A stretch of DNA of 64,000 bases, taken from a virus. The notes beneath the pieces are model-generated. The model saw only the letters and a program-made list of their open reading frames with translations, was not told where the DNA came from and did not search any database. Below, piece by piece: positions 10,325-21,229 of this stretch. Position 1 is the stretch's first letter, and each line of letters starts with the position of its first letter. The DNA is taken from the IMG/VR virus record IMGVR_UViG_3300042314_001189, positions 32,001 to 96,000 of that record, one strand, 5' to 3'. Both the position numbers and the translations under genes were made by a program.

Positions 10325-10350
10325 AAAGGGGTCATATGACCCCTTTTTTT
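10325..10350 (+). terminator. Rho-independent terminator
   Basis: AAAGGGGTCA-TA-TGACCCCTTTTTTT. Confidence 0.85.
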
Positions 10351-10387
10351 ATTTACCATATTTACTTATAAAAATAATTTATTATCA

Positions 10388-10394
10388 TATTTAT
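10388..10394 (+). promoter_or_regulatory. Putative late promoter (TATTTAT) for the baseplate operon
   Basis: Motif starts 22 nt before ATG 10410, the same spacing as other copies. Confidence 0.5.
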
Positions 10395-10409
10395 CTAATA
10401 AACGATTTT

Positions 10410-10796
10410 ATGGCAAACGGAAAATATATTAACATAAACTATCCTTTCAAAGATAGTAAAAAGGGTTTTTTCTTAGATTTAACAGAACAAGACAATCAAG
10501 CGATAAAAGCTGACCTTTTACACTTAATTTTAACTAGAAGAGGGCAAAGACTTTACAACCCAGATTTTGGTACTGACTTGCTTAGATTTATCTTTGAACC
10601 AAACGATGCTTTGACCCTTCAAGGTGTTAAAGACGAGATAACAACTGTTGTAAAAAAATTTTTACCTAAATTACAATTAAACGAAATTATAATAGAGCAA
10701 TCACCAGAAAGTGAATATGCGGCTGTTGTAACAATAAGCTATGTAATAACTGATGACGTTTTTACAACATCAGATGTAGTAGTTATTAAAATATAA
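10410..10796 (+). CDS. Baseplate wedge protein, gp25/GPW-like
   Basis: LILTRRGQRLYNPDFGTDL..FIFEP signature. Confidence 0.9.
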   Translation: MANGKYININYPFKDSKKGFFLDLTEQDNQAIKADLLHLILTRRGQRLYNPDFGTDLLRFIFEPNDALTLQGVKDEITTVVKKFLPKLQLNEIIIEQSPESEYAAVVTISYVITDDVFTTSDVVVIKI

Positions 10797-10805
10797 AACA
10801 AAAAT

Positions 10806-12623
10806 ATGGCACAAGAAGTTAATTATTCATCACGAAATTTTGCGGATATAAGAACAGACTTAGTTAATTACGTAAGACAATATTATCCAGATATCTTTAA
10901 TGATTTCAATGACGCATCGGTTGGTATGATGCTTTTAGAATTAAATGCTGCGGTTGGTGATATGTTATCATACAACACAGATAGAATGTTTGCTGAAACT
11001 CAAATTGATTACGCAAAAGAAAGGAAATCATTGTTATCTATGGCTAGAACATTCGGTTTAAAAATACCAGGAAAAAGAGCCAGCGCAACCATTGTTGATT
11101 TAAGTATTACATTACCAGTTTTTGGTGACACATTTGACGTTTCATATGCACCAATTATTAAAGCTGGGTCACAAGTTTCTGGTGCTGGAAAAGTTTTTGA
11201 ACTTGTTAGTGATGTAGATTTTTCTAGTCCGTTTACAATTGGCGGTATACCTAATAGGTTAATATTACCAAATTTTAACGCAAATGGGACATTGATAAAT
11301 TATACACTAATCAAAAGAGAAATGGTTACAAACGGTTTTTCAAAAATTCTTAAAAGGGTTATAACAACATCTGACGTAAGACCATTTTTAGAGGTTATAT
11401 TACCAGATGATAACGTATTATCTGTCGATTCAATCATAACATTACCAGGAACATCATACATTGGTGAACCTAGTTTAGATGAATTTTTAAATATAGACAA
11501 TAGATGGTTTGAAGTTGATGCTTTGGCCGAAGATAAAGTTTTCATTGAGGATAACACAAGAACTAGTGATAACTCTGGTATAAAACCAGGAAAATGGATT
11601 TCAGTAAGTAAAAAATTCATAAGGGAATACACAGATTTAGGTTTTACAAAAATAACATTTGGTGCTGGTACTCAAGACATAAGCAGCTTATGTGATTTCG
11701 ACACCAACAAAGCATTGGTCAACCAAATAGGTAATTTTATAAACAATATGTCGTTGGGTGTTATACCAACAGCCAACACAACTATGTTTATCAAATATAG
11801 AGTAGGTGGTGGTGCTGATAGTAATTTAGGACCCAACACGATTAAAGGACTTGGTATTATAAACATGAGTGTAAATGGTCCAGATAGCACTGTAAATCAA
11901 AATGTAAAAAAATCTCTAAAGGTTAATAATCTATTCCCAGCTATCGGTGGTAAAGATTCACCAAGCGTTGAAGAAGTTAGAAACATGGTTAGATACAATT
12001 TTTCATCTCAAAATAGAGCTGTAACAATCAAAGATTATCAAACAAAAATTGCGCAAATACCTGGAAAATTTGGAGCACCATTTAGAAATGGTATTTTTGA
12101 GGAACAAAATAAAATAAAAATGTATGTTTTAAGTTTGGACCAAAACGGTTCGTTAACAAACCAAACGACAACAACATTAAAAGAAAATATAAGCAACTAT
12201 TTGGCCGACTTTAGAATGCTTAATGATTATGTTCAAATAACTGATGGAAGAATCATTAACATATCTTTTGAAATTGATTTATATATTGATAAAAAAGCAC
12301 CGCAATCACAAGTAATTTCACAAGTTATAAATGAGGTTAAAAATTATTTTGATGTTAACAAATTTGAAATGGGTCAAGATATATACATTTCAAATTTAAT
12401 TGAAACAATAAATAATATTGGCGGTGTCTTGAATTTAGTTGGATTGAGGGTTTATAATAAAGTTGGTGGTGGTTATAGTTTAAATGAAACATCACAACCA
12501 TATTTTGATATAACAACTGGACAAATAGACATCTCCGAAGATAACACATTATTCGGTGAACCAACTTCTATGTATGAGATAAAATACCCAACAAAAGATA
12601 TTCTAGTTAGGGTTAGACAATAA
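10806..12623 (+). CDS. Baseplate wedge subunit, T4 gp6 / baseplate J-like
   Basis: Y..RNFADIR, DFNDAS.GMMLLE, ITFGAG, YRVGGG..SN, QNRAVT.KDY. Confidence 0.88.
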   Translation: MAQEVNYSSRNFADIRTDLVNYVRQYYPDIFNDFNDASVGMMLLELNAAVGDMLSYNTDRMFAETQIDYAKERKSLLSMARTFGLKIPGKRASATIVDLSITLPVFGDTFDVSYAPIIKAGSQVSGAGKVFELVSDVDFSSPFTIGGIPNRLILPNFNANGTLINYTLIKREMVTNGFSKILKRVITTSDVRPFLEVILPDDNVLSVDSIITLPGTSYIGEPSLDEFLNIDNRWFEVDALAEDKVFIEDNTRTSDNSGIKPGKWISVSKKFIREYTDLGFTKITFGAGTQDISSLCDFDTNKALVNQIGNFINNMSLGVIPTANTTMFIKYRVGGGADSNLGPNTIKGLGIINMSVNGPDSTVNQNVKKSLKVNNLFPAIGGKDSPSVEEVRNMVRYNFSSQNRAVTIKDYQTKIAQIPGKFGAPFRNGIFEEQNKIKMYVLSLDQNGSLTNQTTTTLKENISNYLADFRMLNDYVQITDGRIINISFEIDLYIDKKAPQSQVISQVINEVKNYFDVNKFEMGQDIYISNLIETINNIGGVLNLVGLRVYNKVGGGYSLNETSQPYFDITTGQIDISEDNTLFGEPTSMYEIKYPTKDILVRVRQ

Positions 12624-12688
12624 CATTTATTTATTTCTAAATAATCGTTATACTTGTAGAAATAAAAAGTTATTAAAAACAAAGAAAA

Positions 12689-13069
12689 ATGGGATGCAAT
12701 TGTAAAACTGGTGGGACACCTAATCCAAACTTTAAATCAAACAATAATGATTCTGGGGTGAATCCTAGACATAAGAATTTATCTTCTTTTTTAGGTTATA
12801 CAGCTAAACTAATTGGTTTTTTTGTTGGCCTTTTATTATTACCGTTAATAAACGTAGCCATTGTTTGGTTTATGTTTAACACATTGGTTTTAACGAAAGA
12901 AGTAGATGTAAGAGGGTTATTTTCCAGATTAACAAAAACAAAAAAGTTTAAATCATTAGTGAAAGACGAAGATGATGAGGACGAAGATGACGATGACGAT
13001 TATGAAAATTTAACTGAGGATGATTTGATAATGGTTGATGTCGAAGATATAACACCTAAGAGCAAATAA
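12689..13069 (+). CDS. Small membrane protein with N-terminal CxC and acidic tail
   Basis: MGCNCK start, hydrophobic LIGFFVGLLLLPLINVAIVWFMF, poly-D/E C-terminus. Confidence 0.7.
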   Translation: MGCNCKTGGTPNPNFKSNNNDSGVNPRHKNLSSFLGYTAKLIGFFVGLLLLPLINVAIVWFMFNTLVLTKEVDVRGLFSRLTKTKKFKSLVKDEDDEDEDDDDDYENLTEDDLIMVDVEDITPKSK

Positions 13070-13074
13070 ATTTT

Positions 13075-16000
13075 ATGTCAGAAACAGTAAGAATAAGGAC
13101 AAAACCAAATGGTTCAGACAAATACCTTAAAGTAAAATTAGACCAAGAATTTGATTTCATTGAAGTTCTTTCAATGAAAATAACACAAGAAGAGGCGTAT
13201 AGAAACTTCTGTTCTGATTATGGTGTAATTGTAGGTAGAGTAATCATCAACAGTGGCTTTGGTTTACCAAACGCCAGAGTTAGTGTATTTATACCAATTG
13301 ATGATGTTGATAAAAATGACCCACAAATAAAAGGGTTATATCCTTATTCTATTGTTTCTGATAAAGATAGTGATGGTATTAGATACAATCTATTACCTAA
13401 ATCAAGTGAAACCAATAACGAATGTTTTACACCAATAGGTACATTTCCAAACAAAAGAGAAATATTGGATAATGATGAATTATTAGGTGTTTATTGCAAA
13501 TATTACAAGTTCACAACAACAACAAATAATGCTGGTGATTTTATGATATTTGGTGTGCCACTAGGCACATATACCGTACACGTGGATGCTGATATATCAG
13601 ATATCGGTATTGTATCTCAAAGACCATACGATTTAATTAGCCAAGGAACACCACTTAAATTTTTTGATAGTCCTACCAAATATAAAGGTGGTACAAATTT
13701 AGACAAATTAGTTCAAATCAAATCAACAAATTATGGTGTAAACGTACAACCTTTCTGGGGTAGTACTGATAATTGCGAAATAGGCATTACCAGAGCTGAT
13801 ATTGATATGAATTACAATATCAGACCATGTGCTATGTTCATGGGTAGTATTTTTGGTGACCAAGAAAAAAATAGTATAAACAAAAGATGTAGACCCAGAA
13901 AAAAACTAGGTCAGTTATGTGAACAAATAGCTGGCGAAGGTTCTATTGAGATGCTTAGAGAAACTATTGATGGTGGGGTTGAACAGTTTGATGTTGATGG
14001 TGGTCGATTAATAGACGAAGATGGAACATGGGCGTATCAAATACCTATGAACCTAGATTACGTTGTTACTGATGAGTTCGGTAACCTAATACCATCTGAT
14101 GATGAAACAAAAGGAATACCAACTAGAGCAAGTGTAAGGTTTAAAATAGGGATGGACAATACTGGTGGTGAAGGTAGGCTTAGAACAAGAGCCAAATATT
14201 TAGTACCTAATAATCCTAATTCTGTTTCTGAAATAGATTACACATTCAATGAAACAACAAAGAAAACTAGTTTTAGAAGTTTATATTGGAACAAAATATA
14301 CAGCGTTACCAACTTTATACCTAGATATCAAACATCTGACAATAAAAAAACAAGAGCGTTTACAGCTATAAAAGATGTCGATGGTTGTGCTGGTGATAAG
14401 ACAACGTTTCCTTTTAATAAAGTTAATACTGATTTTAGCCCTATATTTTTCATCATTTGTTTAATCATAAAAATAATTGCATTTTTAATTTATATTATGA
14501 ATGCGTTTTTAATTAAATTAGTAAACATAATCATAGGTGTTTTGAATGCTATTCTAAAAGTGATATGTAACATAATTTTTAGCATAGGTAAATTCATTAA
14601 TAAGATACCATTTGTCAGTGTAAATGTATGTAATTGGTGTATTGGTAATGGTTGTTGTAATTGTAGTGATATCTTAGGTTATATACCTTGTATTTGGGTA
14701 CAATGTCCCTTTGACGCTGATGCTGGGACTGGCTTGTATGCACCTGGTTGTAAGGAAACTGATAAAGGGTTTGAAGCGGTTAAAACAAACACTGGGTATT
14801 ACCCAACTTTTTACCCTGGTGATGATTTTGACCATCCAGATAAATTTGGTGATGCAGCTGGTTTAGATAAATGTGTCGCTGCTGTACTTGCTGAGAGCTT
14901 AGGTATATTCCAATTTGATTTTTACAATGATTGGGTAAATGGTACCTTATATGGTTATTTATTAAAATATAAAAGAAAGAGAAGAAAATCTGAGAGATTC
15001 TGTGAATATGATTGTGATGATTTCTTCAGCCAAGGTGGTGTAGATGGAAACAAAAATAATAACCCAGATAACAATTGTAGAACAAATTATTTGTTTGATA
15101 GTTGTTATAACGGTGGTGATGACTCACAAGATGAATTAAAATCTAGAGGTGGTGTTAGGGAAGGTTTGATAAAAAAGATTGACACTTTCCAAAATGGTAA
15201 AAAAATAAATGAAGAGTTTTTCTATGCCGCATCCCTTCATGATGCATCAGCAAAATTATTTGCAACTGATATTATTTGCATGGGTTCGGTTTTTGATTGT
15301 GATTGGCAAGGAATACCAAAGGTTCAATCATTATTGATACCTACAACATATAAAATACCACCAATTGTAGTTGAATTGACAGACGATAACCAAACTGTTG
15401 AAACAACTGGTATGATTGGTACTGGTGGTAGTTTACAAGGCTTGTTTTTTGAAGTTGATTGTATTGGTTTACATTCAGATTACAGTCAATGCTTAAATAT
15501 TAGACATTTATCTGAGTTTGGTGTTGATTTAGACCAATTACAGTTTGGCGCACCCTCAGCTTCATACCCTAATGGGGCACCGATTTATGCTGATAATAAC
15601 ATAGGTATAAAAGATATTGACGAAAACGGTGGTATTTGGTTTAGAGATGTGTATTACGAATTAAACAAAATCCCTAATCAAAATTCGTTTACGTTAGTGC
15701 CTTTTACAACCAGCTTTAACCTTAACGATGCCGCAACTTATTCGTTCTCAAACAATACTGATAACGGTGTTAACTATTCTAGTTTTAGAGGTTACCCTAG
15801 CGGTTCTGAGTCACAATTTACACAACCTAAACACTCGTATTTTTTCTACTTTGGTATTCTACCAGGAAAAGGTGCTTTAGAAAAATTAAACCAAAGATTT
15901 TTTACAAGATGTTTACCAGTAACTGAAAAAGAATTTAACGTTCTTGCTACATCACAATCAGCAACGGGGTCAAACCCTACTGGTTCGATAACGTTTAGTG

Positions 16001-17553
16001 TGGTTTCTGGTACAGCACCTTTCACATACACGATTAGTGGACCAAATGGATACAATAGTACTGGAACAATAGCTGCTCCACCAGCACCACAAACAGTTAC
16101 TATAACTAATTTACCAGTTGGTACTTATACAATACAAGTTGTAGATGCAAATGGAAATGTTGTAACCCAAAACACAACAATAGATGGACCACCAGCCTTA
16201 TATGCAACGGCTTCTGTTACTAAATTATGTAGTTCAGCTAGTGTTCAAGACGGTGAAATTACAATAACTAGTATAGGCGGTGGAACTGGCGTTTGGACTT
16301 ATCAATTGTTAAGAAGCAACGGTTCCGTAGCAAAACCAGTAACATCGATTTCTACCTCACCATTGATAATAACTGGTCTAGGTGCTGACACTGGTTCTGA
16401 TGGTTTAACACCACCGAATTTTGGTTATAAATTATTGGTTAGTGATGGTATAACAACAGTCACAATTACTGATTTGGTTTTAAACGGACCAACACCAGTT
16501 GTTTTAAGTGTTTTAACTCAGACACCTACAACATGTTGGGAATCAGCAGATGGCACATTCAACATAGGTCTTACTGGTGGTCAAGGTCCTTACACAAATA
16601 CAATAACTGGTCCAGCTGGTTTCCCATCTACAAATGGTTTATCAGTAAACGATGCGATTAGAGGTACATATACGATTACAACAGTTGATAATTACGGAAC
16701 AACAGATACACTATCTGTAATAGTACCTAGTTTAAATGTACAGATGATTGCATCAATGGCACCAACTGCTCAATTAAATAAACAATGTGACCCTAACAAT
16801 TATATTGTACCGTTTTACGTTACTGCTGGTGCAACTGCTGGACCAATAAAAATACAATACAATGTTGATGACAACACTGGTAGTGGTTTAGATTTAATTT
16901 GGAATGATGTTATATTAACATATGTTAATGCTTCAACACCTATGTTTGTTACAATACCAAACCCTAGCGGTGGGTTAAATAGCGGTATTAAAATAAGGAT
17001 GAAATCACCAGATGGTTTATGTTTTAGTAATATTTTATCAATTAATAAAGCTAGTATTGAATTACCTATCAACACATTATCGATAAATACAACTGGAATA
17101 AACAACGCTCAACAATGTAATCCAAACCTTGTATCGTTTAAATTTAATGTTAGTCATTTACAAGCTGGCTCAACAGCACGTCTACCTTATACGTTTGTTT
17201 ATCAAGTAAATGGTGGTCCAACAAACACTGTATCGATAACAACTAACCAACAATTGATAAACGCAACAATGCCGTCTATATCATCTAGTGCGGTTATAAC
17301 TTATACAATAACTGATAATAAAGGTTGTGTGGCTAGTGGAACATTACCAACAATAACAATGCCTACACAAGCATTAACTGCTTATTGGACATATAATACT
17401 AGTGTAACACCTAACACAAAATCACTAGTGATTAACGGTGGTTTAGCACCATATTCAACAGCACCAGCTGTAAACTCACTTAAATCAGCGATTCAAACAG
17501 TTAGTGTTAGTGATAACGTTGGTTGTACATTCATCACACCTTCTAGTACTTAA
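13075..17553 (+). CDS. Large virion/baseplate-associated protein (1492 aa) with beta-sandwich N-terminus, central hydrophobic segment and SprB-like repeats
   Basis: GRVIINSGFGLPNARVSVF..TTTNNAGDF..GVPLGTYTV; hydrophobic run IFFIICLIIKIIAFLIYIMNAFLIKLVNIIIGVL; repeats like GSITFSVVSGTAPFTY..NLPVGTYTIQVVDANG. Confidence 0.7.
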   Translation: MSETVRIRTKPNGSDKYLKVKLDQEFDFIEVLSMKITQEEAYRNFCSDYGVIVGRVIINSGFGLPNARVSVFIPIDDVDKNDPQIKGLYPYSIVSDKDSDGIRYNLLPKSSETNNECFTPIGTFPNKREILDNDELLGVYCKYYKFTTTTNNAGDFMIFGVPLGTYTVHVDADISDIGIVSQRPYDLISQGTPLKFFDSPTKYKGGTNLDKLVQIKSTNYGVNVQPFWGSTDNCEIGITRADIDMNYNIRPCAMFMGSIFGDQEKNSINKRCRPRKKLGQLCEQIAGEGSIEMLRETIDGGVEQFDVDGGRLIDEDGTWAYQIPMNLDYVVTDEFGNLIPSDDETKGIPTRASVRFKIGMDNTGGEGRLRTRAKYLVPNNPNSVSEIDYTFNETTKKTSFRSLYWNKIYSVTNFIPRYQTSDNKKTRAFTAIKDVDGCAGDKTTFPFNKVNTDFSPIFFIICLIIKIIAFLIYIMNAFLIKLVNIIIGVLNAILKVICNIIFSIGKFINKIPFVSVNVCNWCIGNGCCNCSDILGYIPCIWVQCPFDADAGTGLYAPGCKETDKGFEAVKTNTGYYPTFYPGDDFDHPDKFGDAAGLDKCVAAVLAESLGIFQFDFYNDWVNGTLYGYLLKYKRKRRKSERFCEYDCDDFFSQGGVDGNKNNNPDNNCRTNYLFDSCYNGGDDSQDELKSRGGVREGLIKKIDTFQNGKKINEEFFYAASLHDASAKLFATDIICMGSVFDCDWQGIPKVQSLLIPTTYKIPPIVVELTDDNQTVETTGMIGTGGSLQGLFFEVDCIGLHSDYSQCLNIRHLSEFGVDLDQLQFGAPSASYPNGAPIYADNNIGIKDIDENGGIWFRDVYYELNKIPNQNSFTLVPFTTSFNLNDAATYSFSNNTDNGVNYSSFRGYPSGSESQFTQPKHSYFFYFGILPGKGALEKLNQRFFTRCLPVTEKEFNVLATSQSATGSNPTGSITFSVVSGTAPFTYTISGPNGYNSTGTIAAPPAPQTVTITNLPVGTYTIQVVDANGNVVTQNTTIDGPPALYATASVTKLCSSASVQDGEITITSIGGGTGVWTYQLLRSNGSVAKPVTSISTSPLIITGLGADTGSDGLTPPNFGYKLLVSDGITTVTITDLVLNGPTPVVLSVLTQTPTTCWESADGTFNIGLTGGQGPYTNTITGPAGFPSTNGLSVNDAIRGTYTITTVDNYGTTDTLSVIVPSLNVQMIASMAPTAQLNKQCDPNNYIVPFYVTAGATAGPIKIQYNVDDNTGSGLDLIWNDVILTYVNASTPMFVTIPNPSGGLNSGIKIRMKSPDGLCFSNILSINKASIELPINTLSINTTGINNAQQCNPNLVSFKFNVSHLQAGSTARLPYTFVYQVNGGPTNTVSITTNQQLINATMPSISSSAVITYTITDNKGCVASGTLPTITMPTQALTAYWTYNTSVTPNTKSLVINGGLAPYSTAPAVNSLKSAIQTVSVSDNVGCTFITPSST

Positions 17554-17561
17554 TTAATAAC

Positions 17562-19367
17562 ATGGAAAGAACACAACAAAGATTAAATAAAGAAAAATCT
17601 GCATTATCAGTAAACACTGACACTACTTTAAAAATCAACATTGAAAATAGTCAAAGACTATTACCAACAAATGAAATTAATAAAATAGTTAATGTTGCTG
17701 AAAGATTTAATATTGAAAGACAAAGATGTAAATATTATCGTATTATTGGTACGATGAACACAACAATGTCAAACGTTTTATTTAATCTAAAAAATTCTGC
17801 CATGTCTGACAAGTATACATGGTCTTGGTTTAATTCTTTAGACTTTCTAGACACTTCATACCCAAAAGACAACGATATCATTGATGATACCGATTTGACA
17901 TACCCAGCGTCCTTAAAAACAAACTTAAAAGAAAAAGATGGTTGGTTTGGTTGCTATGACCCAGATATTGCAAAAGCTGCTTTATGTAATTATTTTGACA
18001 TGGAGCCAAAGAGAGAAAGATTTTATTTTACACCAGACATCATGCCATATATGGGTAACGCAAATTCCCAACCAGTGAAAAATTGGGAATTAACCATTAC
18101 GTACCCAAAAGAAATGGATAAAGCACATAATTTTGTAAACGGTGGTCTATTAATAACTGAAGCGGTTAGTGCGACAATAGCAACAAGACCAATGACAGCT
18201 ATTGGTATGTCATGCATGCATAATTTAAAAATAGGTGATGTTGTTAGGGTAACTGGAACAACTGGTTATGATGGTGACCATGTTGTTGTTAGAACTGGAT
18301 TAGATAATGGTGATTTTAAAGAATATTACTTTGTTATAGATAAACCAAATACTGGTGTCTTAGGTGCAAATTCTAGGATGAAAAGACTTGTAAACAACAT
18401 TGAATCAGAGTATTATTTTAGAATATTTAGAAAAATAAAAACTAGAGTGGCACCACTAATTGAAACGGATGATTACGAAGCTTACCGTGTTGGTTTTAGT
18501 GAAAACTTCTTTAACGATTCAATAATTCAGTTTGTTTTTAATGAAGATATAGATGTTACTGAATTAACAGATAACCTAGGCAGACCATTAAGTGAACTTT
18601 ACTTAACTATTATCAAAACAAATAGCAACAATTTATTTACAAATGTTTCATCTGGTTTTGAAACACCATATGCATCTAGACTAAATAATAGTAACACTAT
18701 AAGTTATTTAAGAAATATTCCTACGATACATAAAATACATAATGGTGGTTCATTACCATTTCCAACACACACACCATTGGAAAACGATATTAACATAAAC
18801 AACAATAATAATATCACAAACAATAATGATTTTTATGGTGATTTGGTAGAGTACAATATTAATGAATTAACTGAAGTAGTATTGGCTAACATCCAACACA
18901 GATTTAACACAGTAAATAGAGAAACAAACCCATCTTTAACATATGTTTCAGATAGAGGGACACCGCTTAACCCATCGTTTATAACAAAAACGATTACAAT
19001 GGGCCCAAGACAAGAAGGTTATTATTATCAACCACATCATTTAATTAAAATAAGAGAATTTTCTACTTATATCGAACAAGGTGATGAATTTACGGAAGGT
19101 ATACCTAGCTACGCAACAGATTTAGGTGATGGTAGAATAATATGGAGAGATTTACTAGACATAGGTTTCAACGAAAGTGATGAAAAACCATTGGATTATC
19201 CATTTTTAAATGGCTCTCATTACATGTATCAAAACTATTGTTTTACGGTTAGAAGACAAGACCCATTCGGTGTTTGGAATTTATATTACAGCAAATTCCC
19301 AGAAGACCCAGTTGGTGATAGAATAACAGATAAATTTAAAACCAATACAGAAGAAGATGTTTGCTAA
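17562..19367 (+). CDS. Putative virion structural protein (601 aa)
   Basis: Long ORF tightly packed in the baseplate/tail cluster. Confidence 0.65.
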   Translation: MERTQQRLNKEKSALSVNTDTTLKINIENSQRLLPTNEINKIVNVAERFNIERQRCKYYRIIGTMNTTMSNVLFNLKNSAMSDKYTWSWFNSLDFLDTSYPKDNDIIDDTDLTYPASLKTNLKEKDGWFGCYDPDIAKAALCNYFDMEPKRERFYFTPDIMPYMGNANSQPVKNWELTITYPKEMDKAHNFVNGGLLITEAVSATIATRPMTAIGMSCMHNLKIGDVVRVTGTTGYDGDHVVVRTGLDNGDFKEYYFVIDKPNTGVLGANSRMKRLVNNIESEYYFRIFRKIKTRVAPLIETDDYEAYRVGFSENFFNDSIIQFVFNEDIDVTELTDNLGRPLSELYLTIIKTNSNNLFTNVSSGFETPYASRLNNSNTISYLRNIPTIHKIHNGGSLPFPTHTPLENDININNNNNITNNNDFYGDLVEYNINELTEVVLANIQHRFNTVNRETNPSLTYVSDRGTPLNPSFITKTITMGPRQEGYYYQPHHLIKIREFSTYIEQGDEFTEGIPSYATDLGDGRIIWRDLLDIGFNESDEKPLDYPFLNGSHYMYQNYCFTVRRQDPFGVWNLYYSKFPEDPVGDRITDKFKTNTEEDVC

Positions 19368-20205
19368 TAAAGTTAAAATCAACATGTCAACAATACCTTC
19401 TGGCGCAACTGGTACAACGATTACAGTTCCAATTAACATGACGTTTCAGAATGTTGATAATGCGGAATTGATAGACAGAGTATTTGTTGAAACAGAAGTG
19501 GAGAATGCTATTAACCCAATCATAGATTATGAAAAAGTTAGGTTCCTACCTTTGGATTTACAAGGCACATATATTGATAAAATCATTTACGATGTTTACT
19601 TGTTAAACCCTACACAAAATTATGTAGGGTTTTATGGTAATATTGGGTTTACTGATGATGATATAAAATTTAGAAAAGAATCTTTTAAACAAACATTTTT
19701 AAGGTTGAGTTTTTATGATACCGATAATCCATTAACACAATCATTGGTTAGTTTTTTAACATTGTATTCTGAACTAAATTCTTCTGATTTACAACAACCA
19801 GGTCCAGGTATAATACCAGGCACCCCAAAACCAGCAAATCAAATACCCGTTAACTTTGTTGTTGAAAGTCCTTTGTTGAACCCTATGGGTTCTGCTGAAG
19901 GATATCACTTATATGATTACAAAAGTGAGTTAAATATAGGTGAGTCAAAGTATTTATATATGAGAGCAACGCTAGCAAATGCTAAAACGGGTAAAATTGT
20001 TAATTTAATGGTTAAAAATGTGGCACAGCCAATTGATAAACTAGTGCATGAACTTTACACTAGATACAAAATGGTTAGAACGGCTACTGGTTATTATTAT
20101 GAAATAGACAATACCTACCAAGGAAATGGCATTTCTGGTCAAAATAACGTAACATACAACACAAACACGTCTGTTGTAAAACTTTATGAAATAAATGCCA
20201 CATAA
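19357..20205 (+). CDS. Putative virion structural protein (282 aa)
   Basis: Overlaps upstream gene, TAATG coupling downstream, SGAT-type segments. Confidence 0.65.
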   Translation: MFANKVKINMSTIPSGATGTTITVPINMTFQNVDNAELIDRVFVETEVENAINPIIDYEKVRFLPLDLQGTYIDKIIYDVYLLNPTQNYVGFYGNIGFTDDDIKFRKESFKQTFLRLSFYDTDNPLTQSLVSFLTLYSELNSSDLQQPGPGIIPGTPKPANQIPVNFVVESPLLNPMGSAEGYHLYDYKSELNIGESKYLYMRATLANAKTGKIVNLMVKNVAQPIDKLVHELYTRYKMVRTATGYYYEIDNTYQGNGISGQNNVTYNTNTSVVKLYEINAT

Positions 20206-21086
20206 TGGAAGTCATTAAAAGAAAAATATTACTAGAAAACAGTATTGATAGAAGCAGTGAAAATAAAAATTGGGGTACGTTAACAGCGACAACTTTTTAT
20301 TTAAAAGTTTTGATAACTCAAAACGTTGATGATATGGGTTTGTTTACAGATTCTGAATTTATCGTAAAAGATAAAGTTTCAACACCAGCTGACTATACAA
20401 TATTAAAGGATAAATTAACAACACTAGGTCTTTTATTCCCATTTATGACTGGTGCAACTGGCCCTACATTTACAACAAACAATACACCAGAAACATTATG
20501 GAAAGTTTTAAGGTATCCGATAAATACGGTGTCAAATTACTACAATTTTAGTAATATTGTTATTACTGGTGCCACAGATAGTAGAATTGAAGATGTTAGG
20601 TCATATGCTGCAATCAACCCTTTTAGAACAAATTTTAACGTTAACACTGAAACATATACAAACTACAACAACGTAACAGTAAACGGTGTTGATAGAATCA
20701 AATCAATGTCCGACCCTAAAATCTATGTTTTTGATACACCAAATGACACTAATTTAGGGACAAATAACCAAGTTTATGGGTTACAATTCATGGACTATAG
20801 CGGTGTCACAAGACAAATATTGGTTGAGGATGAAATCACTGTAGTACCTTTAACAACTTACCGATACATAGGCGAAGGATTTAATGAAACAAATATTTCA
20901 TTATCGGGATTGACCAAAGAAGAATATTTATTTGGTATAATTTCTCCACCAGAAGTTCAAAACGATGTATTTATAGATAGAGGTATAACAACTGTTATGG
21001 ATAGGCATTTAAAGCTCTCTGAAATAAGAAATATAAAAGAGTTAGAAAACTACGGAAACGGATATTATAAACTAAATAAACAATAA
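20205..21086 (+). CDS. Putative virion structural protein (293 aa)
   Basis: TAATG-coupled, T/N/G-rich, in the tail cluster. Confidence 0.65.
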   Translation: MEVIKRKILLENSIDRSSENKNWGTLTATTFYLKVLITQNVDDMGLFTDSEFIVKDKVSTPADYTILKDKLTTLGLLFPFMTGATGPTFTTNNTPETLWKVLRYPINTVSNYYNFSNIVITGATDSRIEDVRSYAAINPFRTNFNVNTETYTNYNNVTVNGVDRIKSMSDPKIYVFDTPNDTNLGTNNQVYGLQFMDYSGVTRQILVEDEITVVPLTTYRYIGEGFNETNISLSGLTKEEYLFGIISPPEVQNDVFIDRGITTVMDRHLKLSEIRNIKELENYGNGYYKLNKQ

Positions 21087-21226
21087 TGACAGAAAAAGAA
21101 AAAGAATATAATAAGAAGTGGTTACTTTCATACCATTTGTTATTACCTTTAGATGAAATAAATAAATTAAATGACCATGAAATTAACATCATGGTCAATT
21201 TTATAAATAATAAGTTAAAAAGTTAA
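21086..21226 (+). CDS. Small 46-aa ORF absent from the ORF track (MTEKEKEYNKKWLLSYHLLLPLDEINKLNDHEINIMVNFINNKLKS)
   Basis: ATG overlaps the upstream TAA (TAATG); stop 3 nt before the next ATG; fills the gap exactly. Confidence 0.6.
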   Translation: MTEKEKEYNKKWLLSYHLLLPLDEINKLNDHEINIMVNFINNKLKS

Positions 21227-21229
21227 GAT

